DNA of 63,035 nucleotides, filler included, from Sphacelaria rigidula (taxonomy: Eukaryota): NCBI GenBank assembly GCA_964200075.2. It is 6 parts of 6 records of this genome, joined end to end, with 100 filler letters (N's around TTAATTAATTAA, not from the genome) between each part and the next. Parts side by side here need not be neighbours in the genome. Positions count along the whole stretch, not along the records: positions 42,092 to 52,513 come from CAXNAA020006519.1; positions 52,614 to 63,035 come from CAXNAA020006520.1; 4 more parts are not named here. One strand, 5' to 3'. The position numbers and the translations under genes are program-made. The notes below the pieces were generated by a model, which had not been told where the DNA came from, searched no databases, and worked only from the letters and a program-made list of their open reading frames with translations. Positions 50,501 to 63,035 of this stretch are shown here, one piece after another (the first letter of the stretch is position 1; each line of letters starts with the position of its first letter).

Positions 50501-53467
50501 GCAATCAGCCCTCCGGGCATAGTGTCGTTTTGAAACCGACGGCCCACCATTGCACTATCTCCCTCACGCCACGCTGCGATCCGTAACAGCATACCAGCAG
50601 ATGCAACCAGCACCAAAGTGCAAATGCATCTGATGAAAGGAGGTCACATTCTCTCAGGGGCACCTGAGAGGTATCCGTGTGGAAAATAAAAAAAGGCAGT
50701 GGTGGCGGTCGTGGTGGTGATCCCTTATCATTCGACGGGACAAACCCTTGCGCTTTTTCAAATCAAGTGTCCTTCACGCTAGAAACCACCTCATTGCGCA
50801 TCTATAGGTAGTATAAGGATCTGCACGAAGTTTCAGGTCATTTCGTCCTCCCTGTGTCAAGTTTGACCCATGGCTGCTAATGCGGCTGTGCCCGGTGCTG
50901 CACGGACGGTGGGTCGGAGAGATGCAACACACGCGTAGAAAAACTTTGGAATAGTACATCTCTGTCAATATGGAAGCAAAATAAACGTATGACATATCAA
51001 ATTAAAGATCTCCTTCATCACAAATACATCCACACGTGTGTTTTTGTCACCGTTTCCTGTGCGTTCAGCCAGAAATTGTGGCCTATCGTCCCAGGGGTTA
51101 CGCTACATGCATTTCGTATACTCCCTCGAACCTCTTTTTTCAGAATTCGAGGAAATTCCGAATCTGTATTCCTTGCACTGGGCTCAACGTACACCCGCAG
51201 CCGTGCTGAGTATGCCACATATCGCACGAGTACTGAGGGATGCTACGGTAGGGGTGCAGAAATATTTTCTGAGGGTAGAATTGTTAGGAGCCCTTCATCT
51301 CATGCAAAACACGACCTATGAAAATATGTAAAAGTACTCCAGGATTACTACTCCAATGTGCTGGAGATATCTCGGAAGAATTTTCAAACGGGAATGCCCC
51401 GATCCATATTTTTGTGCACCGAGAATCGCTAGGAGCCCCCCTGAACTAGACATGATTTCGCGAAAAAATTTCACCCCTACCTGCTCTACTTCTCGTCCTT
51501 ATTGCTCTCCCAACGATGGCGCAAAATTCATATGGAAATAACCGCGAAATATCCCGATCACGTGGCACTCCGTCTGGCCGTGCTCGCCGGGGGCAGAGAT
51601 CGTTCTTCGCCACCACTCCGGTTGCCTCCACTGGTGGACCAGAACTCATCGCCCTCGGTGGTCCTCGTCGTCGTGACTCGCGGCACTCCGTGGCGGTCGG
51701 TCATCTACGTCTACACCTCTTACCCGAGAGAGTTTACGTGCGGGGCGTATGTCTCTTATGGGTCGGCAGCAAGATTCTTTGCCCAGTACTGGTCATCGAC
51801 AGCAACAGCACCAACAAGCCGCCAGGGATCGCAGAAACGCTAACCTTCGCACAAGGTGACAAGCGATGAGGTGTGTTGTCCGGTTTGAAACGTAGATTCA
51901 CTATATAGTACACAGCCGTACTACAGTACACTGAGCAGTACATGCGGTAGATATATAGATTTGCATACCACTCCGTACAAGGTTTTGACGGATACTGCTG
52001 TATCAGAGAGCTTCGATGAGGTGTGTTTTCCAATTACCATGTTGTGCTACACAGTCGTACTGCAGTGCTGTTACGGATCGCGGCGTGATGCAGTGGAAAG
52101 GGGGACAGTACAATGAACAATGTTTTCGTGATATTGAGAGTAGATGATACGATTGAGAGTAAGCTTTGGATGGCTATCAGCGGCGGAGAGTCTCTGCATC
52201 ATTAATGAACAAAACGCTTACCTCGCACATTGGTGCAAAATCCTGCCGGTAAGTCCAACAGTGTTTCCGTGAAATCGAACGTTGAAAGTACGATCGAGAG
52301 TGAGGTTTTTTTCATAACTGTCTCGCTGCGCCGGTTCCGATGATGAGACGAAAAGTTCACCAGGTGTAGCATGTTGGCAACATTCACGCCACCCGTTGCC
52401 TGAATGGAATGGCAGAATAATGTTGGACAATGTTGCGCGCTGGCCCACAGGCGCGCATTTGTGGAAGAATGCACCGTTCAAGAGGTCTCCAGAGTAGGGA
52501 GTCGTGCGGTTCGNNNNNNNNNNNNNNNNNNNNNNNNNNNNNNNNNNNNNNNNNNNNTTAATTAATTAANNNNNNNNNNNNNNNNNNNNNNNNNNNNNNN
52601 NNNNNNNNNNNNNTTACTCACTTAAAGCGAATGATCAAAGCCACTCTCAATCGTATCATCTACTCTCAATCTCACGAAAACACTGTTTCAAACGACTAAG
52701 GCAAGCAACGAATGAGTACAGTACTTACTTTCCCCAATGCATATTCGAAGGTCAAGTTAGCAAACAATGGGCAATGGAATACAGTTGAGAAGTGTACTGC
52801 TTACAGTATCGACTATTGCGCCTTTTGCAGCAAGCAACAGATTCCATACTGTACGCAGTACATTTGTTGACAATAGAATGTTTTGTCCAAGGAATGGAAG
52901 TTAAATAGCACAGTACAGGACAGAACGAAGTAACACACGATCAAGCCGGGTTGAGAGGCGCAGCCCATCGCAATTTTGTGGGGACTCTACTGTGCACAGA
53001 TACAAGTAACTTTATCGATTCGCTTGTTCCATAACATCGTCATTGACGGGGACATATTGTGCGGACTTATCAAATGGTAATGTTCTGTGGCGTGGCGTAC
53101 ACACATGTTTGTTCCGGTTCGCTTCTATTCACATCAGAAGCTTTGTGCCTGTAAAGTCTCCTTGTCCGTTTTTTTCCTTCGGCACTTTTGTAAGCTTCAA
53201 TACTTTGACGGCCGTAGCCGTAACATGAACAATCTACAAGGATCATTGGCCTGGCGCTCATGCGACTGACAACAAATCTGGATCAGTTCACGGGAAGTGC
53301 TCCCAAACAAAAACGAGCTGGGTAAGCCACAGTCTCGCGGTCACCGACGTTGAGCGTCAGTCGGCGAATCAACACGCCAACTTAATGTTCCGAAGAAAGA
53401 GCCTAGTGGTTGAACGCTTAGTAATCGCGGTCGACTTTATATATTTCCAGTGTGTGTGGGTTACCAC

Positions 53468-53573
53468 CTTCGTGGGATTGCTAGAGGCGGTGGCGGTGGC
53501 GGCGATTGACTGGTATGGTGATGGTATTCCACTCGATCTATTTAGGCTTTTTTCTTCTGCATCATCACCGCAC
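53468..53573 (-). CDS. Possible further exon of the PH-domain gene
   Basis: tag|G TGC GGT...AAG|gt is phase-compatible with the 56519 donor; the acceptor context is weak. Confidence 0.35.
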
Positions 53574-54156
53574 CTACGTTCTTGGTATCGCCCCGCGGAG
53601 ATAAGGAGCAGAACAAACTCTATCGAGGATCGGACGAATAATGATTCGTCTGAAACACTTATTTTCAGTGTCATTGATTCGTACCGTTCGAATCAAATCT
53701 TGGGCTTTGTTTTCAGCGTTGCACCCCAGGCACGTGGAATAGCTTAAAAATTGAGTAACAAATCATTTGCCGGCGGTCATTTTCTTTTTTTCCCACTCTC
53801 TGCACAGAAATCAGGCATCAGAAATCGTAGACTCGTTTACTCGACTCAGCGATGCTTTGTGCGACTCTTGAATATATAATACGCTCAGTACGTGGGTAGT
53901 GAAATGGCAATAAATAATGACCCACACAAAAAACAATAAAACGCCCTTGGTTTTCTGTCAGGGTTGTGGGCAATCTGCTGCAAAATTCTTGGTACGCGAA
54001 CGTCCTTGCCGCCTGCCGTGAACCAAAGGCGTTACGCAAGTGATATCGTCAGGTAAACAACGTGTTCGGCGCCGGACAACCGCTACACAGTTACAACAAA
54101 CTGCTGTGCCGCCGAGACGTACTTGATTCACCTCCGTACCGTAAAAATCTAGAAAG

Positions 54157-54532
54157 TCGCACAGGTCGGAGGTATCCCACCCCTGTGCGATAAAAACCCA
54201 AGTTAGGAATGAGGTGATTCGGTTTTCGCACAGGGATCGGAGTCATCGCACAGGGGTGCGATGATCCCGAACAAGATCCCACTTGCGAGCATGAGGTTGC
54301 GTGCTGTCGCGTGTGGCCCCGGGGTGCCCACCTATACAGTATCGAACGAACCCGAGCTATCGCACAGGTTGGATTCATTACACAGGGGTGAGCGTCAAAA
54401 AAGCAAACCAGATTATATAATTCGATTTCCGCACAGGGTTCGCAGACATCGCACAGGTCGGGTTTATCGCACCTCTGTGCGATAAAAAGCAAGTCAAAGA
54501 TTATTTCCAGAAGCGACCACACAATGTGCGAT
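54157..54532. repeat. Cluster of about 10 ATCGCACAGG-like motifs in both orientations
   Basis: Repeated TCGCACAGG / CTGTGCGATAAAAA. Confidence 0.75.
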
Positions 54533-55653
54533 GACTTGCATTTTCACCCTTTATTATACCGCAAACGGTGTTGCATGTTAACTTACGAGTATCGTCATCA
54601 TCCTGCCGGCGGATCATCTATATCCAGTTCTTTATTTTTTTGCATGTATGAAGTCCCCCTTAAAAGTGGCCTGCGGTGAAGACTTGTGTGACAGTAGGCT
54701 TCCTTGAGGCTAGGGCCATGTTGACACTGGGGCTGCGTAATATAGTTCGGCAGAAGATGATCGGAAACTATGCCAGGCACGTGCATGATGTGAGAGAGTC
54801 TCTGCAAGTGCGATGCAGAGTCGTAGGTACTAAATCACATCATCACCAAACTTGAGCGATTTCAGTGACTAGCCAAGCCAACGATACTCCTCCTTAGCTA
54901 CTTCATTCGCGTCTGCACGGCCGCACCGGTTCCGGCGTGTCACATTTCCAAATACCACGTCGCTTTATTTTTTTTACTTTTGAAATACGTATCAACAACA
55001 ACCCCATTCAAAGGGGGACAGGAATGAAAGCGAAACGCAGACAAACCATAAAATCATGATACGTGAAACATCTTCTAAACAAAAGAAAAAACGCCAACGC
55101 AGGCTGCACTGACCGGATAATCTTTTGTACGATATCACGAATCACAAAATACATCAACCCTCACCTGGCCATCGCTCGCACCACCTCCTCCGCCCACCCC
55201 AGCAGCAGCACCACTACTCCACGAGTCCTTATCCGAGATACCACCCCCCATTGTCAAGGAAACGAGCGACCCCGAAGAACCCGCTAACTTTTTCTGGGTT
55301 GAAGCTCTGCCCGATAGCCCCCCAGTGCGAGACATGCTCATCCCCGACAGAGTCCCAGCGGCACCCGAGCCCGGGGACGCATTGAAACCCTTTTCGGGGT
55401 TGGTCGCGTGCTTAAGAGCGTTCCTGCACGATCAGGAAGTTAGGCACGCGCGGGGACGGGGACGGGGGGTACTCATGATCTTGCATGCCGTAGTCATATT
55501 ACCGTTGACCTCGCGTCCCTACAAAGTCGGAACAGAGCACGCCGGGTTTTCGCCGGATCAGGCTCGAGAGGGGAGGAAGAACATTCCGGAATGGATTTCT
55601 CAGCGAGAGGCGGCAATGGCTAGCTGAACACAAGAGGCTTTGTCCGCGTGAGT

Positions 55654-55684
<31 letters not shown>

Positions 55685-56518
55685 CACGCGCGCGTACCAC
55701 GCACATGGCGCGTGTCACAATTTTCAATGCCGGATACCAGCAGCACGTCGGTCCGTGAGGTGGATAATCACGATGAGGGGCGATCGCCGTCAGCAGTGCA
55801 GCAAGCCATGAGTTCGCCGAAAAATCTTCAAGACGAGGTCTACGGGTGCACCTAATGTGCGTGGCGTCGTCACCAGTGGTGGGCACCCACGACCAAGTCA
55901 CGAAACAGCATCGGCATCGAATGATATCATCATCAAACAGAGCCGCCACGAAATGTAGAGTAACACCCGGAGTGTCTAGAACGTACTACTCTGAATAAAA
56001 AAAGTCTGGCATGTATCCACCCACCGCCTACACAAGTGGGTTATTTTCCAGCATCGGCGATGTTTGAAGGCGGGTCTGACTGACTGTGGACATCCCAATA
56101 CTTCAGGACAGTTAGAGTGGAGAGTAGCACGTTTTGAATTCCGGGGTTGAAAAACAACTGGTTGATACCGTCTTAGAAAACGGAATGGCTTGGAAACCCA
56201 GTTCGCCAACAGTACAAGCTAACGTGCGCTAGCCTGATCAAGCAATGTACGTGGATGAGTGCGCCAGGCACAAAAATGACTGTTGGAACATTATAACGGC
56301 AAGCCAATGCACAGTGAACAAGATCCAGCCCTCCCACCTTTCCCATCCTCCACCGTCCTGTCGGCGGCAAAAGCCCGCGCGCTGATTAGATTGACTTCCA
56401 TTAATGATCACATCATACTGACCTCCAATAAATAAATACCCATTGCCACGTCAGTCGAGCTATGGAACGACACTAGAAAAAAAAACCACGGCTTTCTCCG
56501 ACATCCCCTTGTCCGAAC

Positions 56519-56652
56519 CTTAGCTGGCCAAGAACCGCAGACAGGGACGCCCTTTCCGCCGGAGGTATCTCGAAGCGAATATCCGGATTGGACAGGAACT
56601 CGGGTAGGGGTGAATCGCAGTTGTCTGAATCCAGCCCTTCGTTATCTGGTAC
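56519..56652 (-). CDS. PH-domain protein, exon
   Basis: cag|GTA CCA GAT...CTA AG|gttcg, phase 0 with the 57174 donor. Confidence 0.6.
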
Positions 56653-57173
56653 CTGCGGTGTCGTGAGAACGGATGGATCGGCGGGCGGCAGCGAACGGGC
56701 ATCAAGGTTAATGTAGCCAACAAAAACGATGGCGACATTGTGACGAACTAAAACCCACGGGGTCCAGTGAGGCCACATCATGCGCGGAATGATTCCCCCG
56801 AGTAGCGTGTAAAGAACACTTGACGTATCTCAACACCTATCGGTTTTTCCCCCGAGTGCGTTCTTCATAGCGCGTAGACGGCGGCTACAGAGGGCCAAAA
56901 AACTCTCATGTACTCGTATGTATATAACGTGACAGAGGGATATACGTGCAAGAACAAAAACCAACAGCTACAGCACTTTCTCGACTATACTGTACGCAAG
57001 AAACAATCACCGTACTCCTGCAGCACAAGCCATCACATAGGAAAACAACAACCTGCGCAGTAAGATCCATCCATGCCGATTTTTCAATCCATTTGAACTT
57101 CTTATCTCGAAGTGAGCACACCGCCAATGACAACCTAGCCCCGGTGCCCTCCCCTCTCCCCCGACCCACTTAC

Positions 57174-58168
57174 CTGAAACTGCACGGATTTCCTTCCTCC
57201 CTTCGGCTTGGATCCAGCAGGGACCAGCAACGACGACACCTTGGGCATGGTCGGAAGCGTCGACGACTTCCTTAACGTGCGCCCTCCAGACCCTCCATCC
57301 TCCCCGGTCTCAACATTCAACAACGGAAGGTTGGCGGCGCCACCACCGCTGCCGGGTACACTCCCGCTTGCACCCGTCCCATCCTCCGTGTCTTCCTTCC
57401 CCTCCGGACTCTTACTATCCTCGTCGGGGACCCCGACGAACGCAGTTTTCTTCTTCCCATTATCCACGCCTCGTTCGGCCGGGCGCAAATTAGCCAGCGC
57501 CCCTGCAGCTTTCCTACTCTTCAACACACCCTTCGGGGCTACAGGAGCGGCCCTACGATTTTCCGCCACGGTTGGCGCCCCCGCCCCCGTTCCCGCCGCC
57601 TCCTTGTCGCCGGCGTCACCCGACGTACCTGAATTTACAGCGGGCTCCGTCACGGCCACCTCTGTTTCTGGCGATGGAGGAGGGTGTTGCTTGGAGGAGC
57701 CGCCCGTCTCCTGGGAACCCACGACGACAATGGCCGAAGCGGGCGGAGATGAAGACGAATTGGAGGATGACGAACGGTGCGAGAGCGGCGGAGACTCACT
57801 GCCACTGGTGGTGGTGGTGGGCTTAGCCGTGGTCTCCGGAGATTCCACTTCTTGTCGTTGTTGTTGTTGTTGTTGTTGCTGCTGCTGCTGCTGTTGTCTT
57901 TGTTCCCTTTCGTCATCATCTGTACCATCGTCATCGCCATCGTCATCATCAGTGACATCTTCGTCATCGTCGCTGTCTTCGTCGCTGTCGTCGGCCGAGT
58001 CGAGCGATTCGCTGTCCGACCAGTCTTCGTCTGGAGAGGCCGATCCGCCGCTGATATTCAGCTTGTCGCGGCCGGGGATGGATATGCTGTCCGTGGCGCC
58101 CGTCGATTCGACCACGCTGTTATTGGGGGTGCGGGTGACTCCATCGTTTTCCCCGCCGGCTGCTGAAT
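57174..58168 (-). CDS. PH-domain protein, large low-complexity exon (poly-D, poly-Q, S/T-rich, RKSVQF)
   Basis: Open frame of about 331 codons; cccag| acceptor in phase 1 and CAG|gtaagt donor. Confidence 0.85.
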
Positions 58169-58912
58169 CTGGGTCATGTTTTGTAGTGTGTACATGTGTG
58201 TGTGTGTGTGAAATTAGTCCATGAGCATACCGCGAAAAGAGAACGCCTGGCTCGCGCAATATTCCAATATATACGTATGTTCGTATATGATGAACTTGAA
58301 AACACATCCATTGGAAAGAGAACCCAAAAAAATCCACAGAACAAAGATCACTCCTCAACATAGTTGAATCCCCCCCTCCGCCACCCCCTGCTCACGATAG
58401 CTCCAATAACGCGACTTTGCAAATACGAGCAAAAAAAAATCCAAATGAAACGGACAAGCAAAGACTGTCGTACAAGAGAGAGGACAACTGTCGCAGGATA
58501 GACATGAGAGAAAGGCATGGAGGAAGAGAGGGTCGGGGAGGGAGGACCAAAATTGTTGCCCGAAAAAATCCGTTCACGCGTTGCTTGAGGCTTCGAGAAG
58601 TGCTCCAAGAGAGGTCACAAGGTCGACACAGAGTGACATGTCGGCAGCTCGAAGACGCGTTTTATCCCGCAAAAAAAAGCACGTACAAGAGTGCGTCGTG
58701 GGTGGTCCATCACATCCATGGAGAAAATGCCACTCCATCTCCCTATAGAGCAACTCGCCCCCAACCCCACCTCCCCGCCACAAAATGGCTCAGAAGTGAA
58801 ACCGTCAAATTGAAAAAAATAACACACAAAACGATACACACAGGCATGCACCCACGCATGTATATTGACACTTCCTTGTATCACGCCCGTCCGAACACCG
58901 ATCACATCTCAC

Positions 58913-59139
58913 CGGAAGCTCCCGCTCGGGAGATGCGCATCAAGAACTTCCTGCCCCTCGCAGCGAAACCGCCACCGCGGCCAGCTCCGCCTCGCCCGAC
59001 AGATCCAGCTTCGGAAGGCGTGAGGACGTCGAGGAAATCGCTGTCGTCGTTATCCGAGTAACCCCCTGTCGCAGCCGCTTGGGCAGCCGCGGCGTCGTTG
59101 TAGCTGTGAGAACGCCTGAATCGACGCTTCTTTTTACTG
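58913..59139 (-). CDS. PH-domain protein, exon (NAGNAG acceptor)
   Basis: Phases 2 and 1 fit both neighbouring exons; SKKKRRFRRSHSYND...RRAGAS. Confidence 0.8.
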
Positions 59140-60964
59140 CTGGTCAGCGGGGGACACACCCATCCACGACAGACGAGCAATAGGCAGCAACAGTGGGAGA
59201 GAGGCACAGCGACGAAGAGAGATACGGAGGATATGCGCCATTTGGACTCGTTGTTTGTTATTGTTGTTATTGTTGTTGTTGTTGTTGTTGTTGTGTCTCT
59301 CTTTCGTGTGCTGAGAAGATGGGAGGCAAAGCTTAGAGTCGATATACAAGCGGGGGGGGGACGGAGAGATATGACACCCCTTGCTCCAGCGAACATAAAT
59401 ACCCTTGATATGTTTTCGGGGTCCTTCTGGCCCCAAACACCCGTATAAAACACACCCAGTACACACGCGGTAGATGGATAGAGGAGTATCTGATATCTTT
59501 CTGTTTCATATCCCGATATATTTCGGTACGCTCTTCGAACGAAGCCCTTTCGATGAGGAAATGTAAATATACTCGTGAAAATTCCGCGTCTAGTTTTTTT
59601 TGTAATACATTTTACATCAATATATTTACACTCACGAACATGTATGTATCTCCGATTTTTTACGGAACCATTCACACCCTGGACAACATATGATCAATAG
59701 ATGCAATAGACAAGAAGTGTACTGGGTAAAATATGGGCCTACCGCAACTATTGTCGGCCGACAATAGTTGCAATAGGCCCATACTTTACCCAGTACACTT
59801 TTTGTCTATTGCCTCTGTTGACGATATATTGTCCAGGGTGTGGAACCCTTGCAATTCGGCGCGAGACCACGGTACTATAGCTCGTTAATTTTGACACACG
59901 AGCAATGCCATGGTAGGGATGCACCAAATATTTCCGAGGCTTGAGTTGGTAGGAGCCCTTCATCTCATCCAAAAAAAAGACTCCCGCAAAAGATGACAGC
60001 ACGCAACGATTAGCACTCCAATGGGCCAGGGATGTCTCGAATAGATTTTGAGACGGGAATTTTCTTCACTCATCTTTTGTGTACTGTGAAAAGGTGATTC
60101 CTTGACAGGCACTTGTGGGAATTTGTCACTTCTATGTTGTGGCTCCCACGTCACCCCCCCCCCCTTCATGAACGTCTTGGAGGTTTTGTGGGAGTAACCT
60201 TTTACGCCGGCTAACGGGTGGAATCTTGCCTTTTTATTTCACACATATTTTACGTGCGTTGGGTCATCAAACCAACAACCGCCGCGGGAGATTTTCCGTA
60301 CGTTTTGAACTCTGCTTCAGAGGGTATCCACCATTTTCTTCAACTCCCACCAGTTTGGTGGGATCCGAGCTTGACACCCGGGACCTGTTCGTGGAGCGTA
60401 CAGGCTATCTCATGGTGTCGCCAAATGTGAAAAGGTGATTCCTTGACACACACCTGTGGAAGTTTGTCCCTTCTAGGTGGTGATTCCCACAGTACCTCCT
60501 ACTCGTAGGAGTCTCAAAATGAGCACGATCGGGGCACAAACGTGCAACCTCTATGCGTGGCATGACTCACACCCCAGAAACCACCAACCAGCACCTATTT
60601 TCTGTCCGTCATACTTTCTCGAGGCGAGTCCGCAGTCTCGATCGATTCACCCATGTCCCCGGTTTGTTCACGCCTTATACTCTGTTATCGAAGAATGGGT
60701 CATGACCATGAGCACTCCCGCACCCCGCGGACTCTTACTCCCCGTGATAAACAGGGTCCCTGGTTTATGTGGGGCGAGCCTCGGCTGTGCCTCGGCTGAA
60801 AAAAGTCGAAGATGGGTAGTGTTTCTCTCAGACGCACATTTTGTGTACTGTGAAAAGGTGATTCCTTGAAAGGCAAGCAACAAATGAGTACGTCCCCCCC
60901 CGCGCGCCCCTCTACACCGCCTCCGTTCGAAGGTCCTTCCAGCTCCCTAAAACGATGTCTTCAC

Positions 60965-61167
60965 CTCTTGATGTCTTCCCCAACGTTGAAGTGATCGATG
61001 CTGGCAGCGCGAGTGAAGCGCGACGCCTTGGCCTGTTCTCTGGCCTGCTCGCGCATCTTGCGGAGGTGCTCCCACAGGAATTCCTTGGTGGCACGGTCCG
61101 CCAAAGTCAGGTGCAGCCCCTTCGATCCAATGGAGAGAGACAGACTGCGCTCTCCCTGAGCCACCAC
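60965..61167 (-). CDS. PH-domain protein, exon (second half of PH fold)
   Basis: VVAQGERSLSLSIGSKGLHLTLADRATKEFLWEHLRKM; tttcag| and |gtgaag sites. Confidence 0.8.
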
Positions 61168-61553
61168 CTGAAACCAGAGCAATATCGCGAAAAACACACA
61201 TGCAGAGAGAGAGACATGCCCAAACCAAAGCACGAAGCACGAAACGCATTGAGATATCAGTCGGGACTTGACCTACCCAGCGGTTGCAAAGTCCGTACAG
61301 TAACTATTCCATAAAAAAAAGCGGAAGAAATGCAGGAGACCCCTCATGCACTTCAAAGATCTGACAAAGGCCTATCAGAACGATGCGCCCCGCTTCTTAA
61401 GAATCAAGGGATAAATATTAGAGCCCTCACCTGACTTAAAGTTTTTATGAAGCAGCATCAGCCGGGGCAATTTTCTCCCTCTCTCGCTCTACATGAGAAG
61501 CTAAAGGGGATAAGAATCAACGATATTTCACATCGATCATAAACTGCTATTAA

Positions 61554-61651
61554 CCCTTTGACGGCGAGAGTAGGTCATCTGTCGAATCGGTATCAATTCC
61601 ACTTGCAACAAGTATGCATGATCAAGATGAACTGCCCTGGCGGACAAGGGG
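61554..61651. mobile_element. 98-bp piggyBac-like MITE in an intron
   Basis: TTAA-CCCTTTGACGGC...GCGGACAAGGGG-TTAA: TTAA duplication and imperfect CCC...GGG TIRs. Confidence 0.75.
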
Positions 61652-61739
61652 TTAAAAGAAGGGAATCACCCATCTTTACCAACGACCATAGACTGCTATC
61701 GATTTCTCCAGAGCCAATACGCGGCTAATGTCCGCTCAC

Positions 61740-61883
61740 CGCTGTCAGCTCGCTGAGAAGGAAGGTCTTGGATTGAGAGCGGAAAATCTTTTTCTCGGGA
61801 CTAACGAGCTCAATCGTGTTTCCGCGGACATATAGCCTTCGGATTTCGGTCTTGCCCGCCATGTTCCTCTTTCGAACTTTCAC
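61740..61883 (-). CDS. PH-domain protein, exon (first half of PH fold)
   Basis: 144-nt phase 0-0 exon VKVRKRNMAGKTEIRRLYVRGNTIELVSPEKK...FLLSELTA. Confidence 0.8.
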
Positions 61884-62753
61884 CTGTTTAGTTTCAAAAC
61901 AAACACACACACACAAATGTATGTACAAACACAAATGATATTATTAGCGGAAGATGACAAAACAAACAGAATGATAAAAACACAACCGGACAGGAGTAAG
62001 GAATAACGCCAACCCCGACATCAACTTTAACCAAAAGGCATACCGAGAACCCTCGTGGCTACGGGTGTGCGGAGGGTATCGTAGGCAAAGTGTGCGTGGG
62101 CAAACCTCAAATCGGCGCATGTGGCGCCGAATTGGGCAAGAACAGATTGTGCACAGTCTACGTAAGAGCCCTCGGGATTGTGAGTCCCAGTAAAGATCCG
62201 AGTCTCGGTGTCCAGACTCAAATCAAGTATGTTTCAACCATGAAGTGAAAGATCGGAGCGTAGCGGGACCTGCGGTTTGTGTATCGGTACGAATCGTTAC
62301 ACAGTGCAACGGATCAAGCTGCCGGATTACAGCGAGGCAAGAATCGGATTTAGGGTAGTCGGGAAAAGGAGTGGGAACAACAGTACAGTACGACCTTTAT
62401 TCAACAATATCGTCAAGCAACGCAGCAAGCGATTGCGTTTTCAATGAGGATACGAACTGGAGTGAACTTCACCGGCCTTCTTGCACGATAACTGATCTCC
62501 AATGGGTCCAGACGTCGTCACGTGATACACTTACTCCAAGGTACGGAAAGCGGAAATCAGAGAGCGGACAGCGAGCAGCGGACAGCGGAAATGCTACTGG
62601 GATTCCCACTCTCCCGTCAAGACATATACGGCAATCTGTTACAAACACGCTCCCATCGACAAGGTGCGTTGTATCGAAGGCGGCGGTGTATGTGACCGCA
62701 GTGCTGCACCCTATCGATCATCGCACGACTAAACGCCGACATGAAACGCTCAC

Positions 62754-62819
62754 CCCTCGCTCCAGGTTCGGTGGGTAGGGCTCCGGCTCCATCTCCTCTT
62801 CGACGACGGGCGTGGTGTC
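62754..62819 (-). CDS. PH-domain protein, upstream exon
   Basis: 66-nt phase 0-0 exon DTTPVVEEEMEPEPYPPNLERG; joining gives LERG-VKVRK, typical of a PH-domain start. Confidence 0.7.
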
Positions 62820-63035
62820 CTGGTGGTGAAAAATAACGTACAATATATGTATATATATCACCACAAACCGAAAAACACGAAGAAAAATCCCGACTCCCCC
62901 CTACCCCCTCATCAAATGTATAAACACCCATGAGGCAGTGTAAAAGCCATGGCTGTCTCAGGAAGTGGCGATACCACAGAATAAAGCAACTCATTGGAGT
63001 CTGTCATCCAAATGCAAGATTATCAGTAAGCTTAG

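Noticed and set aside
57208..58224. 338-aa plus-strand ORF with poly-Cys
   Set aside because: Antisense shadow of the spliced minus-strand exon; poly-Cys is the complement of the poly-Gln tract

Overview
This is not one locus. It is six unrelated eukaryotic contigs of almost identical length (10423, 10423, 10423, 10422, 10422, 10422 bp) joined by 100-bp N linkers carrying TTAATTAATTAA, so nothing should be inferred across the linkers. Short GT-AG exons, kb-scale introns, TTAGGG-like repeats and a spliced bacterial-type DNA ligase suggest a brown alga or related stramenopile (inference). Supported host genes are all partial: a GST-C-like domain exon, the 3' end of an NAD+-dependent DNA ligase (LigA; HhH + BRCT), a TPR protein, an organellar uL23, EMC7, and a multi-exon PH-domain protein with an RVxF motif. 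The rest is rich in mobile DNA: a Copia relic, a lightly decayed Gypsy with a CCCH-finger Gag, an ancient Gypsy relic, several MITE families, a tRNA-derived SINE head, a ~100-bp dispersed repeat and a 42-bp palindromic minisatellite. I found no clearly new system. The best leads are the spliced LigA, the Gypsy Gag and its gag-pol junction, the palindromic array, the telomere-repeat-bearing elements and the ~100-bp repeat.
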